Source of the DNA: Thermofilaceae archaeon
GTDB taxonomy: Archaea; Thermoproteota; Thermoprotei; Thermofilales; Thermofilaceae
Direction: 5' to 3'
Assembly: GCA_038861545.1 (NCBI GenBank)
Contig: JAWCCZ010000003.1
Location: forward strand, 128,001 to 192,000
DNA: 64,000 bases
Both the position numbers and the translations under genes were made by a program. The notes beneath the pieces are model-generated. The model was not told the origin of the DNA, did no database searches, and worked only from the letters and a program-made list of their open reading frames with translations. Below, in pieces: positions 25,276-35,179 of this stretch (position 1 is its first letter; every line of letters starts with the position of its first letter).

Positions 25276-25572
25276 GTGGATATGCCCAGAGTTTTCGACA
25301 TAGGCAGGTTATGTGTTAAAATAGCGGGAAGAGAGGCTGGTAGGAAGTGCGTAATAGTAGATACCATAGATAATAATTTTGTTCTTGTAACTGGTCCCAA
25401 GGCTGTTACCGGAGTAAAGAGGAGAAGGGTTAATGTAAAGCATCTAGAACCAATAAACCAAAGAATTGACATAACTAGGGGTGCGAGCGACGAAGAAATA
25501 ATGACTGCTCTCGAAAAAGCCGGGCTTCTCGAGGAGATGAAACAACCGCTTAAGCCACTTGTTAAGACATGA
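25276..25572 (+). CDS. rpl14e: 50S ribosomal protein L14e
   Basis: [39 protein letters not shown]. Confidence 0.97.
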   Translation: MDMPRVFDIGRLCVKIAGREAGRKCVIVDTIDNNFVLVTGPKAVTGVKRRRVNVKHLEPINQRIDITRGASDEEIMTALEKAGLLEEMKQPLKPLVKT

Positions 25573-26555
25573 CCGCATCTATTAAGCATACCAGAGAAGT
25601 CCTAGTAAGGGATGATGAATCCCCTTCAGAGTTTGGAAAACGTCCGGAGGAACGTGATATCTCGGAACTTTTAGAACTGGGCGTCATAAATTTAGACAAA
25701 CCCCCCGGCCCTTCCAGCCACGAAGTTGTCGCTTGGTTTTCTAGGATAATTGGAATCAGTAGGATAGCTCATGGTGGCACGCTAGACCCCAAAGTCACCG
25801 GTATTCTACCGGTGCTACTTAACCGCGCCGTAAAAGTTGTACGTTTTCTCCTCAACGAGGATAAAGAATACGTTGGAGTTATGAAGTTGCATGGCGATGT
25901 GTCGGGAGAAGAAATTGTGAGGACTTTAGCAATGTTTAGAGGACCCGTGTACCAGAAACCACCTCTCCGGTCCGCAGTTAAAAGAACTCTTAGAGTTAGA
26001 CGCATACACGATGTAAAAGTACTTGAAGTTTCTGGGAGGAATGTCCTTTTTTGGATATGGTGTGAAGCCGGGACCTACGTTAGGAAGTTCTGTTATGACG
26101 CTGGACTAATTCTGGGAGTTGGAGCACACATGCAGGAGTTGAGGAGAGTTAGAAGTGGATGCTTCACTGAAGCGGAGGCTGTTACAATGCAAGAAGTTGT
26201 AGATGCATTCACGATATGGAAGGAGAGCGGGAACGAAAGTTATCTCAGAAAGGTCGTTAAGCCAGTAGAGCAAGCTGTACAGCATTTACCTAGGGTAATT
26301 ATCAGGAATGCAGCAGTAGATGCAGTAGCTCACGGCGCTCAACTAGCTGTTCCAGGTGTTCTTAGAGTGGATGCAGGTGTAAAAGTGGGGGACATTGTTG
26401 CCATACTTACGTTGAAGGGCGAGCTAGTAGCTATAGGTAAGGCTGAGATGAGAAGCGAAGAAATGGTCATAGCAAAGAAGGGAATAGCGGTTAAGCCTCT
26501 GGCAGTTACAATGAAACCTGGCGTTTATCCTAGCTTATGGAAGAAGCATAGGTAA
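25569..26555 (+). CDS. cbf5: H/ACA pseudouridine synthase Cbf5
   Basis: [34 protein letters not shown] and a PUA domain; the ORF is uninterrupted. Confidence 0.97.
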   Translation: MTASIKHTREVLVRDDESPSEFGKRPEERDISELLELGVINLDKPPGPSSHEVVAWFSRIIGISRIAHGGTLDPKVTGILPVLLNRAVKVVRFLLNEDKEYVGVMKLHGDVSGEEIVRTLAMFRGPVYQKPPLRSAVKRTLRVRRIHDVKVLEVSGRNVLFWIWCEAGTYVRKFCYDAGLILGVGAHMQELRRVRSGCFTEAEAVTMQEVVDAFTIWKESGNESYLRKVVKPVEQAVQHLPRVIIRNAAVDAVAHGAQLAVPGVLRVDAGVKVGDIVAILTLKGELVAIGKAEMRSEEMVIAKKGIAVKPLAVTMKPGVYPSLWKKHR

Positions 26556-26644
26556 GGCAAGTAGGAGACGCGTGTAGAGAATTTATATTTTTACATATGA
26601 TGAGCTTACTCGATCAGCTAATTCTTTCAGGCGCTTCTTGACAA

Positions 26645-26658
26645 GTAGGAATATAAAG
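26645..26658 (+). promoter_or_regulatory. Putative BRE/TATA promoter of tRNA-Ser
   Basis: gtagga-atataaag located about 24-37 nt upstream of the tRNA 5' end. Confidence 0.5.
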
Positions 26659-26681
26659 TCCTTCGACAACAGGATGTCAAA

Positions 26682-26778
26682 GCCGGGGTGCCCGAGTGGA
26701 CTAAGGGGGTGGCCTGGAGTGGTTTTAGAGAGCCACTGTCCTCATCAGGACGCCCGGGTTCGAATCCCGGCCCCGGCG
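26682..26778 (+). tRNA. tRNA-Ser(GGA) with 11-nt intron at 37/38 (26720-26730)
   Basis: Acceptor GCCGGGG/CCCCGGC, discriminator G, anticodon stem GTGGC/GCCAC, loop CT-GGA-G[intron]A, long variable arm GTCCT-CATC-AGGAC, T arm CCGGG-TTCGAAT-CCCGG. CCA is not encoded. Confidence 0.95.
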
Positions 26779-26844
26779 CTGTCGCCTTGTTAGTATATTG
26801 GCTTAGCAAAACTAATAAACCCTTGCCAGTGAGGCGGGTTCGGA

Positions 26845-27297
26845 ATGAGTGAAGGCGAGTTCAAGTACATAGTTAGAATAGCTGATCGGGATCTCCCAGG
26901 AGACAAAAACATAGTGTATGCCTTGGCCTTAATCAAAGGCATAGGAGTTAATACTGCTTACGCTTTATGCCGTAAGCTAGGTATAAGTACTCGCAGAAAG
27001 CTCGGCTCGTTAACCGACGATGAAATTAAACAAGTTGATGGCGCTGTAAGGGAGCTTCAAAAGCTTGGCTTACCAGCATGGATGTATAATAGGAGAAGGG
27101 ATAGCTATTATGGAACAGATAGACATCTTGTGGGTGCAGATTTGGTGCTTACGGTGAAGGGGGATATAGAGCTGTTAAAAGAGCTTAAATGTTGGAGAGG
27201 TATCAGACATATGCTCGGCTTAAAGGTAAGGGGACAGCGTACCAGAACTACAGGTAGAACTGGATTAACTATAGGTGTAAAGAGGTCTTCAAAGTAA
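26845..27297 (+). CDS. rps13: 30S ribosomal protein S13
   Basis: YIVRI...DL.G..AL..IKGIG..WRGIRH..GLKVRGQRTRTTGR. Confidence 0.98.
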   Translation: MSEGEFKYIVRIADRDLPGDKNIVYALALIKGIGVNTAYALCRKLGISTRRKLGSLTDDEIKQVDGAVRELQKLGLPAWMYNRRRDSYYGTDRHLVGADLVLTVKGDIELLKELKCWRGIRHMLGLKVRGQRTRTTGRTGLTIGVKRSSK

Positions 27298-27330
27298 AAT
27301 AAATATAGTAGTGGTACCAGCTGACCAGCG

Positions 27331-27843
27331 ATGGGCGATCCTAAGAAGTCAAAAAAGAAATGGGAGGGCTCCCCGCATCCATGGAGGAGGGAAACCCTAC
27401 AGGCAGAATTAGAACTACTCGGCAAGTATGGACTACGCAATAAAAGAGAGCTTTGGATAGCTAGGACTTATTTAAGAAGGATTAGAGCCAGGGCAAGGAA
27501 ATTACTTGCTTTGCCTCCGGAGGAGAGGGAACTAAGGGGAAGGCCCTTGATTAACAGGTTGTACTTGGTAGGGATATTACCAAGCCTCGACTCTTCTCTC
27601 GACGACGTACTCAGGTTAACGGTCGAAGATATTCTCGAAAGAAGACTTCAGACGATAGTCTATAAGAAAGGACTTGCGAAATCCTACTACCAAGCTCGTC
27701 AGCTGATTGCCCATGGGCATATTGCTATTAAGGGTCGAAGAATTACAAGTCCCGGATATTTGGTATCACGCGAAGAAGAGGGTCACGTGAGCTTTTATAG
27801 ACTATCGCCATTAATAGGAGCTTCTAATACACCTACCTCTTAA
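27331..27843 (+). CDS. rps4: 30S ribosomal protein S4
   Basis: MGDPKK..P.HPW..YGLRNKRELW..LERRLQT..QARQLI.HGHI. Confidence 0.98.
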   Translation: MGDPKKSKKKWEGSPHPWRRETLQAELELLGKYGLRNKRELWIARTYLRRIRARARKLLALPPEERELRGRPLINRLYLVGILPSLDSSLDDVLRLTVEDILERRLQTIVYKKGLAKSYYQARQLIAHGHIAIKGRRITSPGYLVSREEEGHVSFYRLSPLIGASNTPTS

Positions 27844-27902
27844 AGTTAGGTGTAACTTCCCAGCGAAAAGGCCTTAAATATGGATAAACTATACCCTCCG
27901 CA

Positions 27903-28343
27903 ATGTCTGAGGGAGGAGTAAGCGAAAAAGTGGATAGAATACATCAATCAATGACTACAAGGAGTGATATAGGAATCGCATGGATATATGCTAGTTACAA
28001 TAATACGATTATCCATATAACTGATTTAAGCGGAGCAGAGACGATATCCTTCGTAACCGGTGGTATGATAGCGAAAGCCGATAGGGATAAGCCCAGCCCT
28101 TGGGCCGCTATGCAGGCTGCTATGCGTGCAGCCAGGATAGCGATCGATAAAGGTATCCGAGTTGTACACGTGAAAGTTAAAGCGCCTGGAGGAGCTGGTC
28201 CTAAAACTCCCGGTCCTGGTGCTGGTCCTGCGATTCGAGCTCTCGTACGAGCCGGTTTAATCGTAGATCGAGTTGAGGACGTAACACCTTTGCCGACAGA
28301 CTCCATACGTAAGCCGGGTGGCCGCAGAGGTAGAAGGGTCTAA
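27903..28343 (+). CDS. rps11: 30S ribosomal protein S11
   Basis: [38 protein letters not shown]. Confidence 0.98.
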   Translation: MSEGGVSEKVDRIHQSMTTRSDIGIAWIYASYNNTIIHITDLSGAETISFVTGGMIAKADRDKPSPWAAMQAAMRAARIAIDKGIRVVHVKVKAPGGAGPKTPGPGAGPAIRALVRAGLIVDRVEDVTPLPTDSIRKPGGRRGRRV

Positions 28344-28459
28344 AATTTAAGGTTTTTAACGCTAATATACGCAGAATATTCTTGCTTAGAATATCTTCCC
28401 TCCGTATACCATTAAAAAATACGCCAGGGAACCCTGACGACTTAGTCCGGAGTTAAAAA

Positions 28460-29215
28460 CTACAGGAATAAGAAGTCTAAAATTTCATCTACCGTATGGG
28501 GTTCAAGTTTTTCGTATCTCTCTGTTGATCCTAGATCATACCAGAATGCATCAGTGAAAAACGCTTCAACGTTGTAGCCTCTGCTCACGAGCAGGGGAAT
28601 AAAGTCACGCATTAGATCAACCTCTTTTAATTCTACAACCAAGTTTTCTAGGTAATTTAAAACGTTGACCCTAACTGCAGCTATACCGATGACTACAGGA
28701 ATATTAAGACGCGGTTTTTCCTCAAGTTTTACAATTCTGTTACCTTCAACTTCGGCTACACCCACACTTACCGAGTAATTTGTCGAAAGCGCTAAAGTAG
28801 CCGTTGCACGGTTTTCGACGTGCTTGCGTAGTAGCGCTGACAAATCTAAGCTAGTCAGTATGTCACCGTAGTAAATCACTATATGCTCATAGTTGTTGAA
28901 AATCCCTAGCCTGTAAGCATTATATATTGCGCCTCCGTTACCCTTGTAATTAGGGTTATCTTTGACATAAGCTAGCTTAACTCCAAAGCGGCTTCCATCA
29001 TCAAAGTAATTAATTATCTGTTCCGCTTTATAGTTTACAAGTAGCGTTATATCGGAAATTCCATGGTACTTAAGCAGTCTAATTATATATTCGAGAAGAG
29101 GTTTCTGTTTAGAGCCCACTGGTATCATTGCTTTCTGAAAATAGTAAGTGAGAGGTCTTAATCTAGAGCCGGTTCCACCACAAAGAACCACTCCTTTAAC
29201 TTTCTCTCCCATCAT
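28460..29215 (-). CDS. Sugar-phosphate nucleotidyltransferase (no left-handed beta-helix domain)
   Basis: VLCGGTGSRLRPLT..K, YGD, EEKP, WYDLG. Confidence 0.88.
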   Translation of the reverse strand: MMGEKVKGVVLCGGTGSRLRPLTYYFQKAMIPVGSKQKPLLEYIIRLLKYHGISDITLLVNYKAEQIINYFDDGSRFGVKLAYVKDNPNYKGNGGAIYNAYRLGIFNNYEHIVIYYGDILTSLDLSALLRKHVENRATATLALSTNYSVSVGVAEVEGNRIVKLEEKPRLNIPVVIGIAAVRVNVLNYLENLVVELKEVDLMRDFIPLLVSRGYNVEAFFTDAFWYDLGSTERYEKLEPHTVDEILDFLFL

Positions 29216-29437
29216 CCTAGATAATTCGATCTTCCCAATTAGTCTTTCGCAAGCTTCCCCTAACAGCTAATTGTTCAAGCCTTTGAACGGAACTTTAGAA
29301 TTAAATTATTGGTCTGCATGTTCACAGGAAGGATATACAACTCAAGCTTGATTAACTCGCATTTTCCGAAAATGTAACCAGAGAATTCTAAATTTTTGAA
29401 GCGAAGACTTTTATCGCTTAATTATATAGGTAAGAGC

Positions 29438-30748
29438 GTGGACGAATTGTATTATAGCGAAAATGATTTCACAATAGTTTCGGTTAAAGGTAGATGGGTC
29501 TTAGATTCGAGAGGAAACCCTACGGTTGAAGCAGATGTTGAAACAGCGGGAGGAGGATATGGTACAGCGATTGTACCAGCTGGAGCTTCTAGAGGAATGC
29601 ATGAAGCACTGGAACTAAGGGATGGAGACAAAGCTTTCCAGGGTAAAGGCGTAACAAAGGCTGTTAAAAACGTAAACGAGGTTATCTCCGAAAAGATCAT
29701 TGGCATGGATGCCAGAGACCAAGCGGCTATTGATAGGGCAATGATCGAATTGGATGGCACATCGAATAAATCGAAGTTAGGTGCTAATGCTATACTCGCT
29801 GTTTCGCTCGCAGTAGCTAAAGCTGCTGCAAGCACCTATGGCATGCCACTTTTTCAGTACCTGGGCGGCAAGATGGCTCGAGTGTTGCCAACACCGCTAA
29901 TGAATGTAATAAACGGTGGTAAACATGCAGGTAACGAATTAAGCATTCAGGAGTTCATGATAGTTCCAGTGGGCGCAGATAGTTTTTCTAATGCTTTAAG
30001 AATATCCTGTGAAGTTTACTATTGCCTTAAAGATATATTGCAGGGGAAATACGGTAAAAATGCAATTAACGTTGGAGATGAAGGCGGTTTCGCGCCACCT
30101 ATGAGAGAAAGCAGAGAGGCATTAAACGCTCTTGTCAATGCTATTAAGAAAAGCGGATACGAACCAGGCCGTGAGGTACTCTTAGCCCTTGACGCGGCCG
30201 CGTCTAACTTCTACTCAAATGGACAATATAGTATAGACGGTAAAAGCCTTTCTCGGGACGAGCTACTTGAGTACTACCGCCAGCTAGTTGAAGAGTATCC
30301 TATTATCTCCATCGAAGATCCTTTTCATGAAGAAGACTTTGAAGGTTATAGGTTGATAACCGATAAACTCCAGAGAAAGGGTATACAAATTGTAGGTGAC
30401 GATATATTCGTAACCAACGTTAAAAGGCTTGCCAAAGGTATCGAGGCTGGTGCGGGAAATGCACTGCTTCTTAAGGTAAACCAGATAGGCACGCTAACAG
30501 AGGCTCTGGAAGCAGCGTTTATGTCATTTCGAAACGGCTGGAATGTGATAGTATCTCATAGAAGCGGAGAAACGGAGGATGCGACTATTTCGCACTTGGC
30601 AGTAGCTCTAAGGTGTGGTCAAATTAAGACTGGAGCTCCGGCTCGCGGTGAGAGAACAGCCAAGTACAACGAGCTGCTAAGGATTGAAGAGTACCTTGGG
30701 AACGAGGCTCAGTTCTTAGGGGCGTCAGCTCTCAAAACTAGAAAGTAG
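29438..30748 (+). CDS. eno: Enolase (likely GTG start at 29438)
   Basis: LDSRGNPTVE, VGDEGGFAP, LLLKVNQIGTL, SHRSGETED, QIKTGAP. Confidence 0.98.
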   Translation: MDELYYSENDFTIVSVKGRWVLDSRGNPTVEADVETAGGGYGTAIVPAGASRGMHEALELRDGDKAFQGKGVTKAVKNVNEVISEKIIGMDARDQAAIDRAMIELDGTSNKSKLGANAILAVSLAVAKAAASTYGMPLFQYLGGKMARVLPTPLMNVINGGKHAGNELSIQEFMIVPVGADSFSNALRISCEVYYCLKDILQGKYGKNAINVGDEGGFAPPMRESREALNALVNAIKKSGYEPGREVLLALDAAASNFYSNGQYSIDGKSLSRDELLEYYRQLVEEYPIISIEDPFHEEDFEGYRLITDKLQRKGIQIVGDDIFVTNVKRLAKGIEAGAGNALLLKVNQIGTLTEALEAAFMSFRNGWNVIVSHRSGETEDATISHLAVALRCGQIKTGAPARGERTAKYNELLRIEEYLGNEAQFLGASALKTRK

Positions 30749-30759
30749 GATAAGTTTCC

Positions 30760-31554
30760 ATGAAGTTAAAACCTGAGTTTAATAGGTTTAACGCTTTTAT
30801 TTTTGATTGCGATGGAACTCTATGGATTGGGGAGAATCCCATACCCGGTGCCCTAGAGGCCGTAGAGAAGCTTCGAGAGCTTGGAAAAATAGTGCTTTAC
30901 GCTACTAATAACTCCACTTTATCAAGAAAGGGCTACCTGGCCAAAGTAAGGAAACTCGGTTTCACGGCTAAAATCCAGGAAATTTATTGTAGTAGTTACG
31001 TTGCAGCTATGCTAATGAAAAATTTAGGATTAAGGGATGTTTTTCCCTTAGGAGAGAAAGGATTAATCGAAGAGCTGATGAAAGTAGGTTTGCGAGTTCT
31101 AGATATTGAAAGTGACGAGACAGCCGAAGGGGTCTTAGTCGGATTGGATAGACGCTTAACATATAGAAAGTTACAGTACGCGTTTAGACATATTTTAAAA
31201 GGGGCTCTGTTTATCGCTACGAATAAGGATCCAACCCTTCCCATGGAAGATGGATTCACGCCAGGAGCGGGGGCTATAGTAGCCGCGTTGGAAACAGCGT
31301 TAGGTCGCAGTGTTGACATTCTTGTGGGCAAGCCTTCGCCCTACCTATTTATTGAAGCTATGAAGGAGTGGAAGTTAGATAGCTCTGAGGTCTTAGTGAT
31401 AGGCGATCGTCTCGACACAGACATTGAAGGTGCTAGAAGGGCTCGTTTAGCTTCAGCTCTAGTTGCTACCGGCGTCACGCAGCCGGCTGAGATTTCACTT
31501 TCTAAAGTTAAACCGAGCTATGTTCTTTCTACTTTGCTTGAAATATTCGAGTGA
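30760..31554 (+). CDS. HAD-superfamily IIA hydrolase (NagD-like phosphatase)
   Basis: FDCDGTLW, TNNS, ATNKD, GKPS, IGDRLDTDI. Confidence 0.92.
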   Translation: MKLKPEFNRFNAFIFDCDGTLWIGENPIPGALEAVEKLRELGKIVLYATNNSTLSRKGYLAKVRKLGFTAKIQEIYCSSYVAAMLMKNLGLRDVFPLGEKGLIEELMKVGLRVLDIESDETAEGVLVGLDRRLTYRKLQYAFRHILKGALFIATNKDPTLPMEDGFTPGAGAIVAALETALGRSVDILVGKPSPYLFIEAMKEWKLDSSEVLVIGDRLDTDIEGARRARLASALVATGVTQPAEISLSKVKPSYVLSTLLEIFE

Positions 31555-32145
31555 AATTTTAGGCATTACTATAGCACCGTCTACCCCCTCCAATACAGTC
31601 GCCTCGCCTTTCAAATACAACAGACCAACATAGGCTGCAGTGACGGCGTCAAGCTCGTCACCAGTTTGAGTATCGGTTAATCCTTTGATTCCTAGGGCCT
31701 CAAGGCCATTCTTTAGTTTTTCTAACCCCATACCCTTCCGGGGAATTCCTAACAAGTCCTGAGCTCCACCTGGATAAACTTCGATTACTATGAACCCGTA
31801 AGCTTCGAGAACGTTCTTAAGTCTGATCCCTCTAATGGTCAGAATTCTCATAGGTCCTAAGGTTACCGGGAAGAACCTGATACCCATCGCGAGCATAGTT
31901 TTATCGCATTCCCTCAGATGCGGGCCCCCAGCGTCGTTGATCCCTTTACGTCCATAAGGAATTGAGAGCGGGGCGTCAACTGCAACTACGTCAGGCGATG
32001 CTGATTGAATAAACCTGATCAACGAATTATCGGTATAAAGTACCTGGGTCTTGGCCGTCATTGTATCGTCTAGCAAACAGAGCCCCGTAGGTCTCTTTTC
32101 GCTTCCGGCTAGATCAACGCCCAGGGATTTAAAGGTGGACATCAT
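31495..32145 (-). CDS. DUF429 family protein (RNase H-like fold)
   Basis: GVDLAG, VAVDAPLS, R.CD, IEVYP, DELDA. Confidence 0.85.
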   Translation of the reverse strand: MMSTFKSLGVDLAGSEKRPTGLCLLDDTMTAKTQVLYTDNSLIRFIQSASPDVVAVDAPLSIPYGRKGINDAGGPHLRECDKTMLAMGIRFFPVTLGPMRILTIRGIRLKNVLEAYGFIVIEVYPGGAQDLLGIPRKGMGLEKLKNGLEALGIKGLTDTQTGDELDAVTAAYVGLLYLKGEATVLEGVDGAIVMPKISLEYFKQSRKNIARFNFRK

Positions 32146-32160
32146 TTCTTGGAACGCGAA

Positions 32161-33510
32161 TTACTTACCTTTCTCCCTAATTAATAGGTCGACCTCTTCG
32201 ACAAGTTTGTTTACGGCTTCCTGTGCGGTAGTACTTTCTTCGGCTACTATCTCCAGGGTCTCGCTTAGTGCGTTAATACCAACCCATACACTGTCAACGC
32301 GAACTCTAATTCCATTAAAAGCGACTACAGCGTCCCTGTGTTTTGAGCGTATAGCGTTAAGGATTCTAAGGTAATCCGCTCCTTTCAGCTTGACTGAAGT
32401 GCGGATTTCAGGGCGCGTCGGCAATCTCTCCCGTAAACCTGAAAGTTGATCCCCGGTTCTAGCGAGTAATTCGAGGGTTTTTAGGGTAGCAAGTAAGCCA
32501 TCTGGGGCTGGTGAAAAATCCAGGAATGCTACTTCGTTACCACACGTTACAGCCGCATAAGCTCCGATTCTTTTAGCAAATTTCTGCATTCCATAGAAAG
32601 AGCCCCGAACCCTAACTAGCCTTATTCCCCGCCTCTTAGCAAACTCTTCAACGGAGTCAGACATTGCCTCGGAAATCACTATACTGGCTCCAGAGGGGGC
32701 AGTTTCAAGCACTACTCCCGCAAGTTCCTCGCTTGTAAGAGGTCTTCCCTCATCATCTATAAGTTGCACGCGTGTTGCATCCGCGCAGAATGCAGCACCA
32801 AGTGCTGCATTCGCCGATCTAACAAGCCTAGAGAGAAGGGTGATGGAATCGGGACTTGGTATGTGAGCTATTATTCCTCTAGCGGGGGGTCGATGCGAGT
32901 TTAGAAGTAAACTTTCGGTACCAGCTTCTGATAGCAGAATGGGAAGAACTTCAGAGGAAGGGCCAAAATTCACGTCGCATACAATCATGAATCTTTTACT
33001 TGAAATGGAGTTCATATCAATGTAACTGGCTACGGCAGCCGAGTATATATCGTGGACGTATTCAGCATAGGTAACCCAACCTATCAAATTGGGGAGAGCC
33101 CTGACAACCCTCTTAGATTTGGCTCGCTGGTATATATCCTCAAGCTTATCTATGGGAAATACTAAGCCTTGGGAATCAAATAGCTTTGCTGCTATGCTTT
33201 CTCTCTCGACTGATGAGACCGTGAATTGGACGCCGGCTTTTGCGCCGAGTCTTTTAATCGCGAATACCAGTTCAGGGGTTGTTGCGGCGTGGAAATCCAG
33301 CACGGTGATACCTGTTGACATTAAACCGGCGGCAAAAGCCCGTTTAATCATTCTCGAAGGTGGATAATTGTCACGAGCTGTTACTACCACAGCTCCTTCT
33401 CCGACTATTGTGCCGAGAGCGCTGCCTAGTTCTGCTGCCAGCTCCGGTACAAGCGCGATGTTTACTGGACCATAAAATAGTCCCTCTTCAAATTCTAGCT
33501 CCCAACTCAA
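32161..33510 (-). CDS. Phosphoglucomutase/phosphomannomutase-fold protein with degenerate active site
   Basis: PGM-like scaffold (LG.A.G..RD..SRMIKRA..AGL..G..V.D..TP), but TASHN is replaced by TVSSV and DxDxDR by CADATR. Confidence 0.8.
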   Translation of the reverse strand: MSWELEFEEGLFYGPVNIALVPELAAELGSALGTIVGEGAVVVTARDNYPPSRMIKRAFAAGLMSTGITVLDFHAATTPELVFAIKRLGAKAGVQFTVSSVERESIAAKLFDSQGLVFPIDKLEDIYQRAKSKRVVRALPNLIGWVTYAEYVHDIYSAAVASYIDMNSISSKRFMIVCDVNFGPSSEVLPILLSEAGTESLLLNSHRPPARGIIAHIPSPDSITLLSRLVRSANAALGAAFCADATRVQLIDDEGRPLTSEELAGVVLETAPSGASIVISEAMSDSVEEFAKRRGIRLVRVRGSFYGMQKFAKRIGAYAAVTCGNEVAFLDFSPAPDGLLATLKTLELLARTGDQLSGLRERLPTRPEIRTSVKLKGADYLRILNAIRSKHRDAVVAFNGIRVRVDSVWVGINALSETLEIVAEESTTAQEAVNKLVEEVDLLIREKGK

Positions 33511-34657
33511 TCATGGTCACCGGTCTTTCTTTTCTTGGTTCAACTGAAACAACCTCACCAAAAACTTTTGCTTTATCGGGGATAACCGCTCCATCTTCAA
33601 CTATAGAGTACTTTACCTCTGCTCTCTCACCAATTTCAACATTAGCCCCGATGATGCTATTTTCGATAGAAGCTCCTTTTCTTACCTTTACATTATCCAT
33701 TAAAACTGATTCAGCTACTATGGCTTTATCGCAAATATGCACACCATCACCTAAGACCACATATGGGCCCACTACGACTTCTTCCTCAATTATTTCAACC
33801 TCACCTATAGCTGCAGGAGGTAAAACAGAGCCGTGAATCATACGGTAGGAGTTAAACCAAATCCCTCCGCTACATAACCCTCTCGGCTTCAATGGAGTTG
33901 CCTGATGATTCAATAGATCTATATTAGCTCTCAGATACGTACTTGGTAAGCCGGCGTCAATCCAATAATACGGACCCATATACCAGCTGTAAATGGGATA
34001 ACCCTCTTCTAAAAGGTAAGGGAACACATGCCTGCCGAAATCTAGAAGATGAGGGTTGTCCTCAAGCACGTCCAGCACGCTATACGATAGGGCATAAATG
34101 CCTGTATTCGCTAGATTGGCATGACAGTACTTGGATTTCATACTTTTCATAGCGATACTAGCCAAGTATAGCTCGAAGCTAGTTGGTTTCTCCAGGAATC
34201 CTATGATTCTATCATCAGAAGCTGTTACAGCTAAACCATAATGATTCGGCGTGTCAACATCTTTCAATACTATCATTGCAATGCTTTTCTTTCTTTCGAA
34301 CATCTTCCACATCGAACCGATATCACAGTTGGTAACTATGTCGCCCATAATCACCAAAAAGTCTTCGTCTATAACGTTACTTGCGCGCCGCACGGCATCA
34401 GCAGTATCTAACGACCTATACGTTAATGGTGTAACCTCAATACCTCGTTTATTGTTTTGAAGGTACTCCGCGATGGTATTTCCCATGTAATCGCAAAGGA
34501 CATAGACTTCGTCTATAACTCCACTCAGCTCTAACAGGTCAAGAACATAGTCTATTAATGGTTTATTAGCGATTGGCATTAATGGCTTCGGACGATGCAG
34601 TGTAAAAGGCTGAAGCCGAGTCCCCCTTCCCCCAGCTAAGACGACGGCAGTAACCAT
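33488..34657 (-). CDS. NDP-sugar pyrophosphorylase with C-terminal left-handed beta-helix (GlgC/Mpg-like)
   Basis: LAGGRGTRL.P.T..RPKP, TADAV, MGD, FLEKP, NTGIY, DFG.HVFP, YWID.G and hexapeptide repeats. Confidence 0.9.
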   Translation of the reverse strand: MVTAVVLAGGRGTRLQPFTLHRPKPLMPIANKPLIDYVLDLLELSGVIDEVYVLCDYMGNTIAEYLQNNKRGIEVTPLTYRSLDTADAVRRASNVIDEDFLVIMGDIVTNCDIGSMWKMFERKKSIAMIVLKDVDTPNHYGLAVTASDDRIIGFLEKPTSFELYLASIAMKSMKSKYCHANLANTGIYALSYSVLDVLEDNPHLLDFGRHVFPYLLEEGYPIYSWYMGPYYWIDAGLPSTYLRANIDLLNHQATPLKPRGLCSGGIWFNSYRMIHGSVLPPAAIGEVEIIEEEVVVGPYVVLGDGVHICDKAIVAESVLMDNVKVRKGASIENSIIGANVEIGERAEVKYSIVEDGAVIPDKAKVFGEVVSVEPRKERPVTMIELGARI

Positions 34658-34698
34658 ATACGACGCGAATAGTGGTAGTTGTTAGTACAAAAATTTTT

Positions 34699-35112
34699 CT
34701 AATCAAGACGAAGGCTTTTAGATAGTTTTTTCGAAATTTCGTTGCCTTCTTCAATACTTATTAATCTTCTGCTGTGTACAGTCCCCGGGTAGTATGGAAT
34801 TACATGAAAATGTATATGGAAAATCTCTTGTCCGGCTATAGATCCATTATTCTGAATCAACCTTACCCCCTCCGCTCCTAGTGCTTCCCGCTGAGCTCTG
34901 GCTATAGCCTTTGCTAGACGCACAAGCTCTGTTAATACATCATCCGGTGTTTCCAATATATCCCTGTAATGGTAGTTCGAGGCTATGAGTGTATGCCCCT
35001 TAGATACCGGGTATATATCGAGAAAAGCCATGGCATATGTAGTGCGGTAGATAATGTATGCAGGTGCTTCTCCAGCTACTATTGCGCAGAAAATACATTT
35101 TTTCACAGGCAA
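34699..35112 (-). CDS. HIT family hydrolase
   Basis: CIFC, AFLDI.P...GHTL, AGQEIFHIHFHVIP. Confidence 0.95.
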   Translation of the reverse strand: MPVKKCIFCAIVAGEAPAYIIYRTTYAMAFLDIYPVSKGHTLIASNYHYRDILETPDDVLTELVRLAKAIARAQREALGAEGVRLIQNNGSIAGQEIFHIHFHVIPYYPGTVHSRRLISIEEGNEISKKLSKSLRLD

Positions 35113-35179
35113 GCTTCATTTAGGAAGAATAAAATTTATACGCGTAATGTTTAAGGTTTAGATTTTAAGAGGCTATGCT

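Noticed and set aside
25569-26555. Possible BHB intron in cbf5, as in several crenarchaea
   Set aside because: The ORF reads continuously through the catalytic GTLDPKVTG with no insertion.
26597-26641. AUGAUGA C-box between cbf5 and tRNA-Ser
   Set aside because: No recognisable D'/C' boxes and only a weak terminal UUGA; not enough to call an sRNA.
26627-26809. 60-aa minus-strand ORF
   Set aside because: It is the antisense shadow of tRNA-Ser.
31495-31554. 60-bp convergent overlap of the HAD and DUF429 genes (also aglB/nop10, 29 bp)
   Set aside because: Short tail-to-tail overlaps are common in compact archaeal genomes.
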